Positions 59,620 to 64,000 of a stretch of DNA of 64,000 bases are shown piece after piece. Source of the DNA: Escherichia phage vB_EcoP_WFI101126; sequence record NC_070991.1, one strand, 5' to 3'. Below the pieces are notes generated by a model. It was not told the origin of the DNA. It saw only the letters and a list, made by a program, of their open reading frames with translations, and did not search any database. The first letter of the stretch is position 1, and every line of letters starts with the position of its first letter. A program made the translations under genes and the position numbers.

Positions 59620-60813
59620 TTATTTTCCTAAAAATAATCCGCTCATAACACCATCCCACTCAGAGGACGGAATCACTGAATACTCCGAACTTTGGTCCAG
59701 AGTTCCACTACTAAATCGCTGAACAATGTTGTAGATGTTGAACAGGTCTTTAGCCTCGGCACGAATGCCGTAGATTAACCTGTTAGCTGTTCTCTCATTT
59801 TTAGACACGCGACGGGTAAAGTTAACCAAAAGATTATCACCTTTAAGTATCTCTGACCCATCTTTTACTAGATCGGGGTGCATCACTGGCAAGAACATTG
59901 AGTTGTTAACTCGCAATTCTGCTGTTTCGTCGTTCTCATAATGAATCCACTTAAAGTCTTCATCACGAAAGTGACCGCATCCATCTCTGTATGACTGTTG
60001 ACGCCAAGGCACTTGAAATGCTTCAGCGTATTTATCAGCCATGCCAACCGTAAATAGTGACGCTGGGAAAATACAAGCATCCCAATCGTTACCAACCAGA
60101 GTTGCTTTCGTTTCTCCCAAGAGGTTGGTGTAAGTGCTAACCATTCGTGAATAAACGTAAGCCTGAAGAATTGTCCAGCCTTCAACCAACCATTTATGAA
60201 GGAAGGTTTCAACTTGACTCTCTTCATCTTCACAATAGAAGGTTCGATCTAACATCAAATAGAACAGACAACGATCAGCAGGAACATTCTCAGTTGCTAC
60301 CCCCATAAAACCTTTCTCGTGCCAGCGTAAACAGGAGGGACGATCTTTGTCCACAAATGCTTCCATAGCTTCCAGTACAGCACGAGGTGTGGTTCGATGT
60401 TCAGGGTTTTTGTCGTTCCAACGTTCGATGTTATTTTTAAGCTCGCCTTCGTAATCAATAGCACCCCAACCTAAAGCTTCGGATACATGCTCTGCGTCAC
60501 GCCAACGTCTAAAACCTAACATCTTCATGTGAGTTCCGGAGTTCCAGATATGCTTGATTTTACACATATCCATCTCTCGGCTTAACAGGAACTCTTCCCC
60601 ATCAGCACTACGAACGTTAGCTTCTTCATGCCACACTCGAACGTGCATATTCCACCCATGAGTTGCCTCATACATGTTAGGGTCGAAGTATTCATCTTCG
60701 TCATCATCTTTATCAACGCCACCGTTATAGTTGCGAAGCTGAAGGAACCCATAACAAGGAGGGTTGACCGTTAAAACATTACCTTCAGTATCTTCTAATG
60801 TTACTGGAAACAT
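59620..60813 (-). CDS. hypothetical protein (397 aa), first large gene of the ligase operon
   Basis: ORF track. Confidence 0.45.
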   Translation of the reverse strand: MFPVTLEDTEGNVLTVNPPCYGFLQLRNYNGGVDKDDDEDEYFDPNMYEATHGWNMHVRVWHEEANVRSADGEEFLLSREMDMCKIKHIWNSGTHMKMLGFRRWRDAEHVSEALGWGAIDYEGELKNNIERWNDKNPEHRTTPRAVLEAMEAFVDKDRPSCLRWHEKGFMGVATENVPADRCLFYLMLDRTFYCEDEESQVETFLHKWLVEGWTILQAYVYSRMVSTYTNLLGETKATLVGNDWDACIFPASLFTVGMADKYAEAFQVPWRQQSYRDGCGHFRDEDFKWIHYENDETAELRVNNSMFLPVMHPDLVKDGSEILKGDNLLVNFTRRVSKNERTANRLIYGIRAEAKDLFNIYNIVQRFSSGTLDQSSEYSVIPSSEWDGVMSGLFLGK

Positions 60814-60824
60814 TATACCAACCT

Positions 60825-61187
60825 CTATTGGTTTTTAATCAACTCAATCGACTTACGGATATAAAGGATATCTCGGAAATTTCGATAGTTGTTCATAAAT
60901 TGATGCTTCTGGAAAGTAGCTTCTTCCAGAGCTTTCTTTGCTTCTGCGTAGTTTTTACGGGCAAGATGTACAACCCGCTCGGGTAACACATTTGCATGAC
61001 GGATGACATACTTGTGAGCTTTCATGTTGCTTTGCTCACGAGCAATCTTACCTTTAGCAACTTTGATACCATTTGCAATCCAAGCAAGTTCTTGCTCAAG
61101 CTCATCGTTGGACATTCCACCGAGATTTGATGCAACCTTGTTCAGAGTTTCAATATTAACGTTGCCCTTAATGGGACGTGTATTCAT
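60825..61187 (-). CDS. hypothetical coiled-coil protein (120 aa)
   Basis: ORF track. Confidence 0.45.
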   Translation of the reverse strand: MNTRPIKGNVNIETLNKVASNLGGMSNDELEQELAWIANGIKVAKGKIAREQSNMKAHKYVIRHANVLPERVVHLARKNYAEAKKALEEATFQKHQFMNNYRNFRDILYIRKSIELIKNQ

Positions 61188-61189
61188 AC

Positions 61190-61342
61190 TTACTCCTGTT
61201 GTTTACACTCGTCAATAACCCACTGATAAGTGGATTGCCCAGAAAAGAAACACTGAATAAATCCAGATGTTCTCTGCGTTACCAGTGCTAGTGCACAAAT
61301 CACTACCGCTGCTGCTAGCAGTTTTAAATCTAATTTAGACAT
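61190..61342 (-). CDS. small protein with signal-peptide-like N-terminus (50 aa; internal start of track ORF)
   Basis: MSKLDLKLLAAAVVICALALV; GAGG Shine-Dalgarno before ATG 61342. Confidence 0.35.
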   Translation of the reverse strand: MSKLDLKLLAAAVVICALALVTQRTSGFIQCFFSGQSTYQWVIDECKQQE

Positions 61343-61578
61343 ATTTCCTCTCATTGAATTTAAAAAAGGACTCTCCGAAAAGAGCCAAGCTTTAAATCCA
61401 AAAAAGATATTACCCAATATCTGTGGATAACCTGCTCTTAAAATATCTATCCGACGGATGTTCGAGGATTGTTCCTCTCCCTAGCATCGGCCCCATACGG
61501 GAAATATATTAAGATTAGGTTAGTTGAGTCAGAATAACTCACATAGCCCTCCGAAGAAGGCTATAGGCGTTACTACAA

Positions 61579-61794
61579 CTAAAAATCACTTGATTTTACA
61601 AAATCATCACTAAGGATTTCGTCAATCTCTTTGCTAGTCAAATCTTTCCTGAACCAGCAACAAGGAACATCCACCCATTGACCAGAGTTGTTTTCTACAG
61701 AGCATCTATTGCCTGTCTTACTCTTGCACTTATAGGTTTTCCCTTTGTCTAGACGATAGTGTATTCTGTAAACGATCGACACAAGTGCTATCAT
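61579..61794 (-). CDS. hypothetical Cys-containing protein (71 aa)
   Basis: ORF track. Confidence 0.4.
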   Translation of the reverse strand: MIALVSIVYRIHYRLDKGKTYKCKSKTGNRCSVENNSGQWVDVPCCWFRKDLTSKEIDEILSDDFVKSSDF

Positions 61795-62051
61795 TACTCT
61801 ATCCTAACTGAAGGGCAGTATTTCTCTTTCTTGCTGCGATACATCACAACAATCCAGTTTGAATCACGACGCTCTTTCTTACGTCGTTTCTTTTCAGCAC
61901 GAGTTTCATATGTGCTAGTTCGGTGGTCACGGTATATTCCACGAAGTTCATGAAATGCCCAACTACCACCAAACACTACACCAGCCAAAGCAGCCAAAGG
62001 TAAGGCACCAAGAGCAGGGGCAGTGAACCATGTCCACCAATTGAATGACAA
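61794..62051 (-). CDS. membrane protein (TTG start), possibly the 3' part of a frameshifted gene
   Basis: Hydrophobic N-terminus; overlaps 61976..62257 in a different frame around a T5 run. Confidence 0.4.
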   Translation of the reverse strand: MSFNWWTWFTAPALGALPLAALAGVVFGGSWAFHELRGIYRDHRTSTYETRAEKKRRKKERRDSNWIVVMYRSKKEKYCPSVRIE

Positions 62052-62257
62052 AAATTCTCATGTCCAAGGAGAGAGCCACCAATCATGGATAGTGCAGCGT
62101 ATACAATCCCTAACAGCAGCGTCAGTGCAATGAAGTGCATCACTGTACGCCAGAAGTATTCGCAAAAGTTAGTCATATTATCCCAATGAGGGTTGGGTAA
62201 ACCTGACATGGTTTTGTTTAACTTATGCAACCATCCGTTCTTGTTAATCTTGATCAT
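61976..62257 (-). CDS. membrane protein (93 aa)
   Basis: ORF track; hydrophobic segment HFIALTLLLGIVYAALSMIGG. Confidence 0.4.
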   Translation of the reverse strand: MIKINKNGWLHKLNKTMSGLPNPHWDNMTNFCEYFWRTVMHFIALTLLLGIVYAALSMIGGSLLGHENFCHSIGGHGSLPLLLVPYLWLLWLV

Positions 62258-62490
62258 TACTCACCTTTCTTGGCACGATCTTTGGCAGTTTTACCAGTGC
62301 GGATGCGATGGGAAACGTTAACCAGAGTACCACCATCAACTACGGTAACGCTCTTGTTTTTAGCCAGATCAAACACAGTCTTCTCTGTGCCACCCAAGCG
62401 AATTTGCTTAGGCTCACTGAAGGTTTGGGTTGATTTAGATTGGAACTGGAACGGTTGACGGATTGCATCGATTGCGCTTACTTTAGACAT
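62257..62490 (-). CDS. hypothetical protein (77 aa)
   Basis: ORF track. Confidence 0.45.
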   Translation of the reverse strand: MSKVSAIDAIRQPFQFQSKSTQTFSEPKQIRLGGTEKTVFDLAKNKSVTVVDGGTLVNVSHRIRTGKTAKDRAKKGE

Positions 62491-62724
62491 AGGGGAAATT
62501 CCTTAAAAAGTTATGGCTGCGTAGAGGGAATTCCCTACGCAAATTGGGACGCCCACAGAGAGGCGTCATAGTACTAAAAGGAGGAGAGAAGAGGGATTAT
62601 TTAGCTACCTTTTTCTGTCCATTTACGAACCAGATAATTGAACCGTCAGGCTGTCGTTGACCGAAGCCTTTTTGGTTAATCATATCGTCATAAGAATATG
62701 CTTTACGTCTCATTTGTTTTCCTA

Positions 62725-62937
62725 TTAACAGGCGTAGTTACGTAGGTATACATGCCGATCTCTCAGCACCTCACCAAGAAAAGATTTGTAATCTTCTGTT
62801 ATGCCAGAATAAAACTTCTCTTTAGCTTCTTCTTCGGACACTTTCCACAACTTAGAAAGTTGGTTGAACAAGATTTCCTCTGAGGAAAACAGTAGATAGG
62901 CATTCTGTATGAGTATGTCTTTCTCTTCTTGAGTCAT
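62725..62937 (-). CDS. hypothetical early protein (70 aa)
   Basis: ORF track. Confidence 0.4.
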   Translation of the reverse strand: MTQEEKDILIQNAYLLFSSEEILFNQLSKLWKVSEEEAKEKFYSGITEDYKSFLGEVLRDRHVYLRNYAC

Positions 62938-62946
62938 AGACCACCC

Positions 62947-63192
62947 TTACATTAGAGTTAAGATGATCTCTGCTTTGGCAAACTTCTCACCAACTTCAAG
63001 AGTGTCAGAAACAGGACGAGGTTCGCCTGTGCCTAAATTAACTGCTCTGCGATATCCACCAGATAGAGGCATCATCAAATAAATGACCTGACTGTCATCA
63101 TCTTTTAAAGTAAAGATGTCAGCGGTTGACAGATCTTTAACAAAGAGTTTCTTTTCTTCTTTGTTGTGAACCTTGATATGTATCGTGCTCAT
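62947..63192 (-). CDS. small early protein, possible member of paralog set
   Basis: ORF track; loose similarity to neighbours. Confidence 0.45.
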   Translation of the reverse strand: MSTIHIKVHNKEEKKLFVKDLSTADIFTLKDDDSQVIYLMMPLSGGYRRAVNLGTGEPRPVSDTLEVGEKFAKAEIILTLM

Positions 63193-63194
63193 AC

Positions 63195-63446
63195 CTACTC
63201 CTGAACCACAGACATACGAATCATCTCTACCTGATCATCAAGACTTTTAACAGATAGTACACCTGTAAAAAGGTTTACCACAGGAACCCAACCACTAGCT
63301 ATACGGATGTTACCAGAAGCATTTTCAACCCTCATATAATATTGAGGAGAAGCACTTCCGTTCTGAACTACGAAGGGGTTTCCGGGAATGATTGTTTCCA
63401 ATCGTACCGTATTATCCTTTTTCTTAGGGATGATTTTCATTAGCAA
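63195..63446 (-). CDS. small early protein, possible member of paralog set
   Basis: ORF track. Confidence 0.45.
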   Translation of the reverse strand: MLMKIIPKKKDNTVRLETIIPGNPFVVQNGSASPQYYMRVENASGNIRIASGWVPVVNLFTGVLSVKSLDDQVEMIRMSVVQE

Positions 63447-63515
63447 TCACTCACTAAAAGTTCTGCCGACACAGGAATAACTTGGCACCAGCTAGACGGT
63501 GCTGTTACGTTACCA

Positions 63516-63686
63516 TCAGATAGACGGAGAGAGTACTCGATCAGAGTTAACGGTTACATTAGGACTTTCAGATACAGTCCCTTTGACATAGAGAGTAGCA
63601 CTCTCGGGGAATTTAAATACTGCTCCGCTGGGAAGGGTGTTGAGATCAACCTTGGTCACTTCTTCTTTCTTGTGAGTAATCTTCAT
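63516..63686 (-). CDS. small early protein (56 aa), paralog of 63683..63937
   Basis: Hand-translated MKITHKKEEVTKVDLNTLPSGAVFKF...; ATGA overlap with upstream gene stop. Confidence 0.4.
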   Translation of the reverse strand: MKITHKKEEVTKVDLNTLPSGAVFKFPESATLYVKGTVSESPNVTVNSDRVLSPSI

Positions 63687-63937
63687 TTAGAATCCTTAAT
63701 AACGTTAGCTTCAACCTTAACAGGAATAACAGAGATGCCCTCAACGGGGCCACTTAAGTGTCCATCTTCCAGTCTGACACACACGACTCGATCTCGTGCA
63801 ACTTCTACCCAATTAGTAGATGCCGCAGTACAGACCATATGAATTGGACCGTTCTCTTCCAGCCGGAAGGTAGCGCCCTTCTTCAGAGTGTGGAGTTTCA
63901 CAGTCTTGATAGTTTTGTTCAATTCGTTAACTTTCAT
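63683..63937 (-). CDS. small early protein (84 aa)
   Basis: ORF track; MKVNELNKTIKTVKLHTLKKGATFRL similar to 63516..63686 product. Confidence 0.45.
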   Translation of the reverse strand: MKVNELNKTIKTVKLHTLKKGATFRLEENGPIHMVCTAASTNWVEVARDRVVCVRLEDGHLSGPVEGISVIPVKVEANVIKDSK

Positions 63938-64000
63938 ATTGATTCCTATTTAAGTTTCAGGCTAATATTAAGGTGCATACATGCCCTGTTCTGTACAGCA

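Overview
The window reads as most of a tailed-phage genome (podovirus-like gene content, moderate GC) arranged as two convergent transcription blocks that meet at a bidirectional terminator near 28971-28998. Plus strand, about 630-28960, is the packaging and virion module: putative small terminase, large terminase, portal, scaffold, major capsid protein with an Ig-like extension reachable by a -1 frameshift, tailspike with a pectate-lyase-like beta-helix, T4-type lysozyme endolysin, a Big_2-domain tail protein, a lytic transglycosylase, Q/N-rich internal proteins and a 1473-aa internal protein. Minus strand, about 29150-63940, is the early/middle module: primase-helicase, a family-A polymerase and a separate DEDD 3'-5' exonuclease, SSB, 5'-3' exonuclease, ThyX-like, dCTP-deaminase-like, thioredoxin, PhoH, Dps-like, metallophosphatase, a sigma-factor-like protein, Rz/Rz1-type spanins, two HNH endonucleases and several families of small paralogous proteins. 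The best candidate for an uncharacterised system is a roughly 9-kb minus-strand operon (51436-60813) of amide-bond-forming enzymes: two amidoligase-like proteins, an ATP-grasp enzyme, a class II glutamine amidotransferase and a GGCT-like protein. No rRNA, tRNA or CRISPR array was recognised. All functional calls rest on motifs read by eye from the supplied ORF translations; no database search or computation was possible. Coordinates of features not in the ORF track were derived by hand. The gene content (own sigma-like gene, no single-subunit RNA polymerase, split polymerase/exonuclease) recalls phiEco32-like podoviruses, but that is an impression from memory, not a verified assignment.
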